From Auanema rhodensis (Eukaryota > Animalia > Nematoda): a stretch of DNA of 64,000 nucleotides. How positions within the stretch are numbered: the stretch's first letter is position 1; each line of letters opens with the position of its first letter. The notes under the pieces are model-generated. The model ran no database searches. It worked only from the letters and a program-made list of their open reading frames with translations, and was not told the DNA's origin. The DNA lies in contig OZ059894.1 of the NCBI GenBank assembly GCA_964057225.1, forward strand, positions 6,944,001-7,008,000. Direction: 5' to 3'. A program made the position numbers and the translations under genes. Shown here in pieces: positions 39,915-53,793 of the stretch.

Positions 39915-42297
39915 TTAATGGCCATTACCTGTTTTGTTATTACCTATTGGAAACATGATCATATTTGCTCTAAGATAGTCTATATCGGATAGTTGATCAT
40001 GTAACGCCAGAGCATCAAGGGAGAGCTCGGATGGGGCGCGATATTTCTTTTGCTGGGCAGCAGCGGATGATAAAATAGCATCCAACATGGATCTAAAATT
40101 TTAGAATTCACGTTGGTCCAAATACGACGAAACAGTAAAGCTTGAAAATAAAACTTACGGTTGATTAATAGATTTTGGTGCATTCTTTGCCATGGTAGAA
40201 AGACCTAACTCAGCAAGATCTTTTTGGAGTGCACTGTCAGCTGATCCTCCTCCAGCAGAATTTGCTGAAAGGAAGTCAACATCCAATAAAGCAGAACTTC
40301 GATCTGCAAATTACAAAAATAAGATTTTTATACATTTGTAAATGTCATACTTGCTCCCTTTAAAGGATTAGTAAGTCCAGATTTATCCCAATCGAAATCT
40401 GCTGGAGGTACCATCAAAGAATTAAAAGTAGAAGATGAATTCTCTACTGTTGCTGCAAAGTGGGAAGTTAGAGAAAAAAAAGTTGAAATATTAGTACTTT
40501 TATCACCAGTAGGTGCCTCGGAGGGAGATGCTGATGACACTCGAGCAGAATTTTCACCAGGAGTCAAGGTCAATACTGTTAGTTTCCTTAAACAAAATCA
40601 GATAATTTTCAAAGATCAATCAAAATAAAATTCCAATTTAGTAAAAAATAAAATACTTACGTGGAGCCATTCGATACAGGAGTAGGTTTTAATACATCAC
40701 TAGAGGTTAAAGGTGGAAGAGATCCTCGACCTATAGCTTCAGGATCGATGTTCAATTCTTTGAGAAGTTTTTTATTAGTACAGGCGGTCTTCCATTGATA
40801 TTTCAAAGCTTGTGCTTCTTCTACAACTCTCAAAGCTTTCCACAATATGGCACTGCTACAAAGAGAAAGAAGAGGTTTTAGAACAATAAAATAAAGTTAG
40901 TTTGTGCAAAAAAACAGAATTACTTAAAGCAACATCAAAACTATCATTAAAAACTATGTGCAAAAAGAAGTGAAATAAAGATAAAGTACCTGAGTAATAT
41001 ATGATTAGGGTCTAAATCAGTTGGATCTTCACGATCTAACAGTTCATGCAAATGTAAAGTCTGAAAAGCAAAAAAAATAATATTAAAATCATTATTATTA
41101 ACATACCTCATCGTCAACTATTTCGCTTTCTTCATCACTATTCCAAAGATCACTAGATTCAAGCAGATCTTCCAGACTTGGAATATTCTAAAAGAAACTC
41201 GAATATCTAAATTAAAGAAATTCGATACCTCTGCCTGAACAGCTTCCACGGCTAAAGGAGCTGGAGCCGATGAGAAATCAGCGGCCCAATCATCATCATC
41301 AACACTTACTAAAGTCCAATAATAAGTTTAGTTTGGGAAAATGAACAAACCTCCAGCAGAAACTGTAGCCGGCTCTCCAAAAGCTCCCCATTCATCATCA
41401 TCTTGAGTAGATTCCACTGCCTACAAATATTATAATTATAAAGACATGTATTTTTCTGCACCGGTAAACAATGAAATATGTTTTTTACCTGACTCGTACA
41501 CGGAGCACTATCAAAGGCCCCCCATTCATCGTCATCATCCTCTTCAATATCTATTTTTTCTTCTGTTATTGTTGTTGCTGCTTCTTCTTCCTTGGGTTCT
41601 TCGAAATCGTTAACCACATCATCATCTTCTATAATCTGTTGAGTTGAGCACTAGAATGAAACAGTTAGTAGCAATTGTCAAGTAACAAAATCAGTGATAC
41701 CTCCTGTTCCTGGAATGAAGCCACAGGCGTGGAGTCAAAATCTCCCCACTCATCTTCGGATTCGTCTGGCGTCTCAGTAGCAGAAGATGGGAGCTGAAAA
41801 AATAATTTTACACAGTGAAAAACTAAACCAGCACTATACCGGAGATCGCGATAAAACCTCAGAATCAATATGCTTATTCACTTCCAGGTTTTTCTTAGAC
41901 ACACAATCCAAATTCGTTAAGTCAGGAATACCATTTTCTTTTCCAAAATCTTCTAATTCGGGTATAGGCATATCGGTTTGAGCATGTGTTGTCTAAACAT
42001 TGAAAAAATGCATATGAAAAACAAGAAGGTAACACAAAGCAAGCAAAATAGAGTGAAAAACAGGAACACAATTGGTATGAAATACAAGACTGATTATTTC
42101 TTGAATTCATTTAAATAACATAAAAAAAGAAAGAATAAAAATCAAAAGGAACGCAGAGAAGCAAATAAAATGAGTTCTATAAATACCTGAAGATCATTAT
42201 CATCCTCTTCAAATACTGCTAACCGTACGGAATCATGAGGATCTGGAGGTTCTTCCAAGCTACCCGCACTGAACGGAGGCGGTGCCTCGACGTCCAT
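39915..42297 (-). CDS. Aftiphilin-like AP-1/clathrin accessory protein
   Basis: MDVEAPPPF...; repeated acidic EWGDFD, EWGAFD, EWGAFG and DWAADF motifs (gamma-ear binding type); conserved LWKALRVVEEAQALKYQW...LLKELNID; C-terminal LSDIDYLRANMIMFP. Confidence 0.85.
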
Positions 42298-45200
42298 ATA
42301 ATCTGAATCAGTATTATTTTAAACTCGTGTTTCAAAATAATTCTAGCAACAACGAAAGAAATATCATAGAAAACTTGCTACGAATGAAACCGGTAAATAT
42401 AAATATGAATTAACAAATATTATTATGCGAATATTATGAATATTATTAAAACAATGAGAACAATGACTATGCATGATGAGCAATATCAAGCTTTAACAAT
42501 AAAAAAACTATCAAAAGTGAATTTTAAAGTATTTCATATTACTAACAAAAGATTTGGAATGCAGATAGAAAGAAAATGTTGCTAGTAGCAATAATTTAAA
42601 TAAAAAAAGAAATGAAAATATTCTTAATGAATAAGTTATTGAAAGGAATAGGTAGTCAGGTGGGCTGCGGTGGGCCTAACAACGGAAACCAAGGCCACGC
42701 CCAATATGCAAGGCATGCATGGTTCTGATGCAAAGAGTACGCAGATAGCAAATGTATGCCCAATCTTCACAAGAACAAGTATTGTGCGACGCAACCATGC
42801 ACCTCTTCATGTTGTCTCTAATTTCATCGATTGATGGCAGAATGCTAGAAGGGGAGACACCTGCGTTTAGGAGATGCCGATCTTCGAAAGTATGAATAAG
42901 GTGAGTTTAAATTGATGTTCTTGATGAAAATTGACAGAAGCAGTGTAGACGACGAAATAGGGACAGAAGTAAACTATATTCATCAATCACTATGGTAGGA
43001 ATAAAATAGAATATAATGATAAAAGATAATAGTTCATTGTCTTTTGAAAGAGGATGGCTTGTTCTATAAAATATATGAACTAAAAGATTTTGAAAACAAC
43101 CGCTCTTTAGCTAAATAAAAGATAGAATTAGTAATTTGCACGTCAAGATCTTCACGTTACTACTCTAGTTTATGCAAATGACTAGGATCAAGAACAATTC
43201 ACACATGGAAAACCGAGGAAATAACGAATAACGTAAATAAGTTGGAAAAAATAAACGTAAAATGAATATAAACAGTATGTTTGATTGAGAAATTAACAAT
43301 TTAGATGAAACGCAAAGATTTCTTAGCTATTTGAAGATATTTGTATAGTCTTTTGTCGTCGTAGCAATAACTCGTATGCTGTATGTATCTAGATCAATGA
43401 TCATGAATTCTTAGGTTGAGCCAATGGAAGTATGTAATGTATATGTTATTAGTATATACTATATAGGTTATATCCAAGAGATATCGATATATACATGCAT
43501 AATGATTATTAAAAATGGTTATATAACGGATATTAACGGTTCGCAAGAGGACAGATGTTAGTGCTGTATAATCAATTAAGAATAATTATAAGGATTTTGT
43601 GTATCTGAATCATAGATTATGTTGCTAAATGGATAAACCAAATGATTGGGGGCATATTCGCTCTGTTATCATGTCAAACTGACAGCTGGAAATAAGAAAA
43701 ATGCTTTGAGAAAAGAATATTGTGACATTGTGAGAAGTAAGAAGCATATACATATATGAGATGGAAGCTATGAAAAGAGAAAAAGAAAGACGATGAGATA
43801 GAAGGAGAAAATGGCATAGAGATAGTAGAGGGAATTGAACTTTGCGAAAAGCTTCAAAGCTTGTATCTGCTTGATCATTTTCTTTCATTTCTTTTTCTTA
43901 AAAACTGATATATGTTTGAGCATCTATATAGAAATGTTTTCTGTAAATATATAATTTTTAGAATATAAATTAATCGAATAACATATGAAAAGAACGTGAG
44001 AAAATAGAAATATATGTATGCAATTCCATTTGGAAACTTTTGATAATACATGTATTTGTTATTAACTTCACCAAATAGTTATAGTAACTGAAAAGAAACT
44101 GAAATCGAAAAGCACAAGTAGTGGAAAGGAGACAAAGCCATTGGAAAACCCCTGTATTTAGGGTTTGAAAAACGAGAGAAAAGTTTTTTCTTGTATACAT
44201 AGTGTAGTGAGTGAGACGGAGGGCAGTTGTGGTAAAAGACAAATATGATTAGTTGAAGCTAGTCAAAGCTTATACATGTATTTGATATATTTCTTTTAAT
44301 TTACTATTAGAGGTTATTGAAGAAATCGAAAAAGTAATAAATTTCTCATTATACTAATGATTATGAGGTTTTGCTCAAAATTGCGCAAAAAGGTTCTCAA
44401 GTGTCCATTTCTTAAAGCAAAAATATCATGAAATATGAATTGAAAATGCAATAATATACATGTTATCAGATGTAGTGTGGCCACATAGCAACTCTATTGA
44501 GGAGTTGTGGGAAAAAAATGATTGGTGATCAGATTTTTCCTGTTTCGAACACGTAATCGTGTCATTGGATCATATTGGTTGTCAATCTCCTTCAGCTTAT
44601 TCGGGATAGAGAAACGCATGAAAAAGTATTTTTCATAAAATTGAATTATTTCCTTTTGGCTTAGCCTTCATGCACGAAAATGCGAACAATTAGTCTCTCA
44701 AACTATTTTGTTCCATCGCTTTCTCTTGGTTTCAGTTATTTCTACCGAGTATCGAAAGAAAGAATTGGAAAATTTGATAACACTTTTATCATATAATCGT
44801 CAAATTCATTCATTCTTTTCAGCATTTCTAACTCATGGGCTTAAACTTCAATAAAAGTATAATAAAAGGAAAAAGCTGAATAGTACAATTAAAAAAGGTT
44901 ATAAATAATCTATTATATAAAGAATTATTTGAAAACTGAATATATAAACGCATAGATAAATAACGTATGATTTTCTTATAAACTTTGTTTTCATGAAAAT
45001 AAATCTGATGTTTTGAAAAAATAAAAGGAGGATTTAAGAAAGCACAGCAAATGCCAAATTATGATTAGCAAAGATGAACAAACATTTCTGCAAGAACATA
45101 CACATACATACATAGTATGTATTTGTATTTTTGTCTGTATATTATAAGAAAAGGTATAAAAAGGCAAATATAACATTTTGAAAAAATCAAAACGAAAAGA

Positions 45201-45664
45201 AAAACTGATTGCCGGACTTGATGCATTATAGTTGTCACCATAGAATCGTGATGGTTTGAAAATCGATTAAACACGTCTTCGTAATGTTTTCTTTCTAAAT
45301 ATTATTTATAAATGTTGTTAAATGCTTATAAATAGTACAGCTGAAAACATTTGATTTTTCATGAAAAATTTATTCAATAAGTTATGATTTAAGCATAGGA
45401 GCTCAAGAGAAATAAACCCGTGTAAACGAAAGACGAGGCTGTTAAGCGTCCACTTATAGGGAAACGATGAATCTTTAGTAAAACCCGTGACTTTAAAATT
45501 TGAAAAATGGGAGGATCATGAGTATGATGCTTGAGAGATTGTTGGCAGTTTGGACTCATAGCAAACAACCATAAAAATAGAAACAAGAAAAGAAGTCAAA
45601 AATAGTGAATAATAAATAAGTGCGATGAAAGACAATATAAGTTCAAGAAAGACAACAAAAATGA

Positions 45665-46978
45665 TTATAGCACTAGATCTTGAGATAATCTATAATGCTT
45701 ATTGAGTGGGGTAGCCCGTTGTGTTCGAGGTAAAACTGAATGACATCCTATAGTAATAGTCTCTTTACTTCTAATATACTGCCAATGACCATTAGTTGGG
45801 TCACATGAAGCACGACGAAGAACAGGAACCTAATATAAGAAAATTAAAATAAAGAAAACTTTAAGAAAGAATATTACTTCTTGAGTGATTGGCAAGCAAA
45901 ATGCTCCAGATGCTCCACGACTTCGTCGACATAAACAGAAAGATTCAGAAAGAATTTTTGGCTCTCTGGTTTCATCGAAGTTCACCCTGAAATGAAAAAG
46001 AATTAGAAAATTGAATTTGAAAATGAAATGGAAACAACCGATCATCTCATCTCAACAATTAAAATAACATTTTACGTTGTTGCAAAATGATTTGAAAATT
46101 CAATTTAAAAGGTATCAACAAAGAAAAAACTTTGTATTACCTAGTATTCCAAGGACATAGTGCACGTTGCATAACAGTTGTGTCTCCTTCAGCTTTTGGT
46201 GATCGTTCGCAGATTGCAGGTTCCTCAATAGGTGGATTCCAGTCATCTTCTACTTGGTCAGGGGATGCACCTTCCATTGATTCTCTCATCCAATCAGCTA
46301 ATATTTCTTTCTGAAATTACTCAAATTACATTATGATTAAAAACATTAATTATTATTATTATTATTAATTAAAATTTGTATTTGTATAATATTTTAATTA
46401 GGAATACTCATTACATATTGGAATTATCAGCATCAATCAATCAAAATGGGACATCGAAACGCTGAACAGTTTGCAACTTACTCAACCTTGAAAATGGTCT
46501 CTATCTCTAAGTTGATGTCCTTTTTTATCTAATTAAACTAATTTTTTTTGAAAGAACATTGACACGTTTTCTTAGATATAAAGTACATATGCACGCATTA
46601 CTAATGTTTTGGATTGAGTTTTATTAAGGTTAATCAGTTTCAAAATACTTCCTCAGGCTGTTCAAATGAAATATTTGAAGTTTATAATCATATTGTTCGA
46701 ATTTTAGTCAAAGGGGCTTCATGAATTTCAAGTTACATCTGGGCAACACCCTTAGATCGCAACGATATGGCAACAAATCAGCATGTTCACGAAAAAAATA
46801 TTTGCGAATTTCAAGAAAAAAATGTAAAAATTTAGAAACTGATAATTACCAGGTTTGGAGGCTCTGAGCATGATCTGTAGGATCGAATATGTAGACTCCT
46901 ATGCTTCTTGGCAGATGCATAATATGGAATAAATTGTAGCATTAGCATGATTACCAAACTTTTCTGAATATTAATCAT
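45665..46978 (-). CDS. Interleukin-17-like secreted cytokine, 4 exons
   Basis: Signal MINIQKSLVIMLMLQFIPYYASA; IL-17 knot MQRALCPWNTRVNFDETREPKILSESFCLC...CLPITQEVPVLRR...ETITIGCHSV; resembles nematode ILC-17 proteins. Confidence 0.9.
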
Positions 46979-49009
46979 GGTTTATAGTGATTCTCTGAGC
47001 CAGTACTATCAAAACAGTTTGTTTCTACTAGTATCGAGGTTTTGGCTGTCCGGAAGAGAACCTGGGGCAGGCAGCCGTTAAGACCTAAGGTGGCTAAGGC
47101 GACAGACAATTGCAGGCAGGCGGCGCACGAATGACCCACTGACACGGCTGACAACGAAGTCGTTAACGTACTTGGAGTGAAACGAAAATAGAAAAGGAGC
47201 AGATAGTGGAAATCGTAAGAGGTGGTCACTATATATGTCGCAAGGAAGAGGTAAATGTGTTGAGAATGATATGTCTAACAAGCATACAGGTTCCAGTGTT
47301 CTCAAAATTCCGTTGAGATCACAAGCGCCTAAGGTCAAATCGGATCTTGTTAATATCTGATATTCCCAACATTTCTCAACTCACTAGACTGTAACCAAAA
47401 TACTACAAATGATCCCATTCATCCACGAGATAATACATCATATGATTAATCCAAACCTGGATATATCCCAGTTTTAAGTTTATCTGGCCTGTACTCTAGT
47501 GATATTCTGTCCGGAAACATTCCGTCAGTTATCGGGGAGACTATCACTGTAAAAAACGAACTTCATAACGATTTCTCATCAATTTTCATGGAAATAAATT
47601 CAAGTTGCGTGTGAGTTAACATAAAATCTGATTTATGATGTGTCTTCATGATATGAACACTGGCATTCGTGATTTAAGTTCTGTTAAACTTTTTGACGGA
47701 CTCTCATTACCATCGCAATCTTGTAACACTGGGTATCACTAATTTAAGACGAAAAAATGTAAAAGGAAACTAGGAAATTAGATAAGTTCTGAACTTCTGT
47801 ATATATGTTGTTATTAGATTTTAACCCCATATCTTTTCCTATCATTTACCTTCGTCGTACTGGCCTGTTCCAGTCTTTCATGGTTTGCCAGTCGTTCTGA
47901 CTTCGAACATTCTCTCTCCTTCTCTAGTCATTCTCGGTTTGTCAATCACACATCACCTTTTGTATGATTAAGCTGTTTCTTAAAGACAAATTTGAGATCA
48001 ATTGCCTTTTATCTAACTGCTTTCGAACATGCTGATCATGATGTTAGAGAGACCCAGATACATGACCTGTTGATGATGTAATACGGCTTTTCGTGCTAAA
48101 TTTAAAGCGAACAAAAACGTTTTTAGCAAACCATGTATATCTTGGGATGACACAAAAATCTTATCCATATATCTCTATCCATATCTCTCTATCCACTTCT
48201 GTTCATATGAAAAAAAATATTCTGTTTGGGCTGAACACGGAAATATATAACCCAGATGACCGTTTAACATGGTGATACGACCTTGAAAGTAGAAATCATC
48301 CCAAAAATGGTCAATTTATTACTTAACAATCTACGAAACTTTGTTGCCTTCAGGAACACCCACAGAATTTTAAAACATAATTTATCAATTATCAATTATC
48401 TAATCCCGATTATTAATGTTTGGAAAATACTGAAAAGTCGTTCAATGTAACAAATTTCTTTAAACATCCCAAAGGAAATTGTAATTCAAGCCATTGTAAG
48501 AAGGTGATTTATGGGTTAATCGCAGCAGTAAACGTAGACTATATTAAATAAAAAATAAAATAGTTTAGTTCTTATAAGTTAATTATAAATTTATAATAAA
48601 CATAGATATCAATAGTATTTTGTTTTTCTAATACCAACTGTTTACATACGCATACGTATAACTAAAAAAAATCGAAAATCAACCGCTCTCTGTCCGCTGC
48701 GTCTTCCAAATTAACACGTTATTACTACTTTTCCATACAATATATTCTTTTACCTTTTAATGTTCTTCCATAAAGTTTAAATATTATAGTTGAACTATAT
48801 TATTCAAACTTCAACGATTTAAATATGAAATTATTATTTTTATTTATTTTTTAAAACTTCATTATTACGGTAAGAAGTGACGCGTGGTGTAATTTATTCC
48901 GTTGAATATGTTGTTTTTTGTGTTGATATCAGTGCTATAGATTTGCATAATTTTTCCTTTTTTGTTGTATATTATTTATTTTTATAAAATTTTATTCGTT
49001 CAACTTAGA

Positions 49010-50247
49010 ATGCCTAAGAATTTGAAAAAGAGCAGAAGCGAGACTGATGACTCTGAGAGCGATATCGCCCAAACTCCTATTAAAAAGAGAGTGAGTAAAA
49101 CGTATTTGAAACAACAACAATGAACATTTTTTTTTTAGAAAGAAGTGTCGTTCCATGAATCTGATGAAGAAGAGGATGAGCAAATCGAAGGCATTTCGGG
49201 CATTGGTCCAGCAGAAATGCTAAAGCATGTCAAGGTGATAACCTGCAATTTGTTATTTGATCACTAGGTGATACTTTAGGGCTTATTAGACTTTGTTAAT
49301 ACAACTGGAAAATCTGAAAACGTATTCAAGTCTGCTCTTCCAAGACTTACAGATGATTACTTTTCTAGTACAGGTGAAGATAGAGCATTCGATATTGAGT
49401 ATGTTTACCATGTTCTTTCGTTGTACATTAAAATGTTTAGCACGTTCCTTGACACTTTCAAAAAATACAAGGTCCATGCGTTTAAAAAGTGCTCTATGGA
49501 TGTTACTTTGAGGTTAACATTAATTTTAATATGGAGTTGACAATTTTTTTAAGATGCGTAAGAGATTATTTGGAATCACCCGAATCCATTGTTCATTTTG
49601 ATGGTTTCCCCTCACCACCAGTAAATGTTCTGACCTTTTATTGTAGAAGGAATGGACTTAATCAAGGTTTCGGTAAATCTGCTGTATGTTTCTTTTAGTT
49701 ATTGTTTTTTATAAGTTATTTTTTCAGGACTGCAAAGCAAAAATGATGGCCGATGAAGCTGGAAAACTAGAATGCGAGTTTGAGATGTCTAAACTTGAGG
49801 TATTTGGTATATTTCATGTATTTACTGTATTCACGTATTTTAGCAAAAATACTTGAAAGATTTGGAAACTTTCCGAGAAAATAACGGACACTTACTGAAT
49901 GACAAGCAGAAAGATTTTGTTGACAAGAAGATCAAACTTTACCGTAAAAAGGTAAACATAGTGCTGTATATTTTCTAATAGTGTTGTGTTTAGATTCATG
50001 GTCCTGCTATTAGAAATACACCAAAAGCTCCAAAAACTCCTAGGAACAGAGGTAGAAAATCTGCCTTTGACCTCTTCTGTGCTACGAAAGCTGATAAGTA
50101 AGCTATTTATTAATTTATGATCAAATTTGATTTCAATTTAGATATACTGAGTTGAACGAGGAGAGTCGTATCAAGAAACTCACAAAGAAGTTTGAGAAGT
50201 TGGAAGATGATAAGAAAGAGATTTTTGAAAAATTAGCACTTATGTAG
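49010..50247 (+). CDS. HMG-box protein with UBF (UBTF)-like architecture, ~9 exons
   Basis: MPKNLKKSRSETDDSES...; FKKCSMDVTLRCVRDYLESPESIVHFDGFPSPPVNVLTFYCRR...LEQKYLKDLETFRENNGHLL (degenerate HMG box 1); RKSAFDLFCATK...KKLTKKFEKLEDDKKEIFEKLALM* (HMG box 2). Confidence 0.75.
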
Positions 50248-50608
50248 AGATATTACTTCAAATTTAGTTTTTATTGTTAAGAAATTTCGTTAGATGTCTG
50301 ATTTTATTTTGTTTTCGTTTCCAAAACTTACCTCATATCTTGCAAGTTATACTACCTTATGTATTGATTTGTGACACCTTTCCCTATTGAGAATTATCAA
50401 CTCATGATTATTCTCCCCCATCTACTATGACCGGGATTCTGATAATAACTTTGTATAATGTTCTTTTGTTGTTAATTTGTTAATTTCCAGCATAAAATGT
50501 CTCACTAATAAGTTTTTTTAGATTATAACGTTTAATAAATTCAAAGGCACAATAGATTATGAAAGACTTGATATAACATTGAAAAAAATAAAATATATTT
50601 GAAATATG

Positions 50609-52360
50609 TTAGGTGGAACCATCATTATTAGATTCTTCTAACTGTTTCAGAAGTTCTTGGAATGTTTCTTCCCGAAGATTTTGAGTATGAATATCTATTA
50701 CGGGGTCTTCGGGATTTTTAGGTTTCAGAGTTGTTCGTACAAGTTCTTTGGACAAGTCAGTTGTGTTATTTTCTGCTCTAAAAAAAATCATTAAATTAAT
50801 AAAACTATTTTAGTTACAAGTTCGTATTTTTTCCCGTAGCTACTGCGATCTTTTCCCAGAATCGGTTTTCCTGAGCTAGTTGATCGGAAAATCTTTTTGC
50901 TGCAGTCTTTCCTTTATCATCTTTTCTACAATATTATCAGTTTAGTCTTGTATATTATAATACAAATTTACTTTGTTTCAGGAATTACTATGATTTCTTC
51001 ATTTTGCTTCTCTTGGTTTGTATCAGATGAGGCTGGTTTACTACCATCTATGACATCATGTCTGTAAAAAGTTATTCGTGCTTCTAAGTATCTGAAAATA
51101 GAAATACCTGAATGCGAAGCAACTGGTGTTCTCTCGTGTAACTTCACAGAATACTTTAGCTGCTGCATAATAAGAAAATACACCATTGGCACAGATCACA
51201 TTGAATACACCTATAGTTAGTGTTTGTATGTTTTTGAAAAAAGGAATAGAATAATAACCTCCTATTTCTCGAGCAGCTCGTTTTGCTATGGTAACTTTAG
51301 TAGCAACAATATTCTGGGATAAACTCTATAATTGATTTTAAAGATTGATCTTGTTGGACAAATTTACTTGAAGCATAATTAATCTCAATTGATTATCATT
51401 ACACTTGTTCATAAGGTGTACCACGGTTGTCGCTTTTGCTCTCTTTGCACGAATTCGCCGACCGCGAGAATTATCTTAAATTTGAATGTATTACACAGTT
51501 ACACATTCAAGCTTACAGGTCGTAGGTTCAGTATAAGTGTTTGGTGTATAAGGTTCGCTGCTCTATAAGAATAAGCTTTTTGAATTTAAAAAAGTTAATT
51601 GTAACTCACAACACAAGGCGTTGGTGGAGGTGGTGCCGGACAAGTTACGGGTGGGGGTGGATCTGGACATGCTTCACAAGGCTGGAAGAAAAACAATTAG
51701 AAAAAGTTAATAATAGGGATATCATTGCACAGCCGATACACAACCGATTTTGATAATCAAAACTTCAAAATGAAAAGACTGTTGCTAATGTATTTGTTAT
51801 GCTGATTAGCATAAAATATTCATAGTTTTTGAATAGTTTTAGATGGGTATTAGCTGGTTTATTCACTAACTGCAGGAGTGGTGCATACTGGAGCAGCAGG
51901 ACAGGAACACTAAAATGAAAAGAAATTTTAAAAAAGGAAAAGAAAAAACTTGATGTACCTCTGGCTCTTGTTTAGTCGGTGGATATGATGGAGCCTGATA
52001 CAATATTATAAGAATATGATAATATGGAATATTAATTAATGATTATACCTGAGGTTCTGTATACATGTCACTGTTTCCTCCTACTTCGGAAAGTGGTGGC
52101 TGTAATAATTTTGAATGAAAACTAATTACTTTAAACTATATCAGTCAAAGCGTCGTTTGTTTCATATAGAAGGTTTACCAACCTGTGGACCATTATTATA
52201 ACTTTTTGGCGCATCAGCTGGCGGGTAACTGCCTCCACCTTCTGCATCAGGACCCTGGAATTGGGATTCTAAAATATTTTACTTTGTTTTCTTTTACCTT
52301 GTTATACTCAGAATGGATGGATTTTGCTAGTAGTAAGAATAATAAGAAATGGAACTTCAT
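50609..52360 (-). CDS. Ground-like (hedgehog-related, grl family) secreted protein, many small exons
   Basis: Signal MKFHFLLFLLLAKSIHS; Pro/Cys-rich linker; basic site RRIRAKR; ground-like domain CNDNQLRLIMLQ...FNVICANGVFSYYAAAKVFCEVTRENTSCFAF; acidic C-terminal extension. Confidence 0.88.
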
Positions 52361-53793
52361 CTGAAGAGACGAAAAAAGCGATGTCAGAGAATGAATGAAG
52401 TCAAATTGTTCAATTTCCTATTTATATATTGGCAAATTGTTTATGGAGAAAACCTATAGCCCCCTTTCCTTCAAATGAAAGTAAAGAAACAAGTACTCAA
52501 GAGGCTTGTGCTTCACTGGTCACACCTGTTTCGTCCACATTGTGAACTCGGAATAGATTGTTGAATAGTTAAAACCAAATATTATTTTTCCGAATAATAT
52601 GTTTCAATGAGATAATACATAGAAACTTTGAATGTTTTCAAAACTTTTACAAGTAATTCTATTAATTACTATCATCAAGTGGTATAATACAAGTCTATTT
52701 CACATTTTATTTCATGAAAATGATTTTCTAACTAGAAACTTGGCATTTCACAAACACTATAAGTGTTACAAACACTTTCATAAAAACCTTGAAAACTTAA
52801 ATCATTCTTCAAGAAAAAAAACACACAAGTAATTACAGAACGTTAAAATTGCTGAATGAAGATTAAAACAGTTTTCCGGTCCACATATTGATAATCATCA
52901 TGTGGAAAATACTGAGTAAAGTGAAACGCAGCTTTACCAAGATTGGTGAAAAGCAATTGATTTGTCTTCAAAATGAATATTCTTTTGACATTCCATACAA
53001 AACGAGTATTGAAAATCAGTAGAGCAAGCATCAGTTTGTTAAATTATTAATGAATCGTTAGGTTCATTATGTTTTTTCAATATTATTCTTTGTATATTGA
53101 GTTATTAATTTTAAAGTTTTCTTTCTGCTTTATAAGCTAAGTGGATCGAATCAAGATGCTCCTGATGAAAAAAACACAGCGGCAATTCGCTAAATAATTA
53201 AGAATAGAATGACCTGAATTGAAGAGCTTTTCAAGAGCTTTGAACGTTTAAATCTGGTCTCAACGGGATGAGGATCCTAGAAACGATTCATCAACCATCA
53301 AACAGATCTGATCAAGTGGCTATATGAGCAATGACTAGATATTAGATGGCGAGTTATGATATGAAAATACATTTGCTGCCACTTGAATGGTATCCGTTCA
53401 CTTACTCATTGAATCCTTTTGTTTCTTCTAATGATACCGCCGTAAATCTTTCCAGTGTCCCATCAGACTATTTAAGCTTGAATACAGCGTGACTCATGGC
53501 TATAATTCTTATTTCCGCATCTAATAACTGACAAATAAATGGAAAAAACTATAAGAATATCTTAGTCTTAATGGAAAAAAATATATATTTTTCAGTCATT
53601 TGGATCTTTTCAGACTCCACATCGACTCATTTGTTCGTTTGTAGTTTGAATTGTGATCATGTAGTATTTCCCTACATAACAGCGTTGTGACAAGCTATTT
53701 GCAATCAAAATATTTAATATGTGATAAAAGTTATCTGATATTTACTCTTCACAATGCCTTTCCAATGATTTTTACAAAATATTCATGATCACT

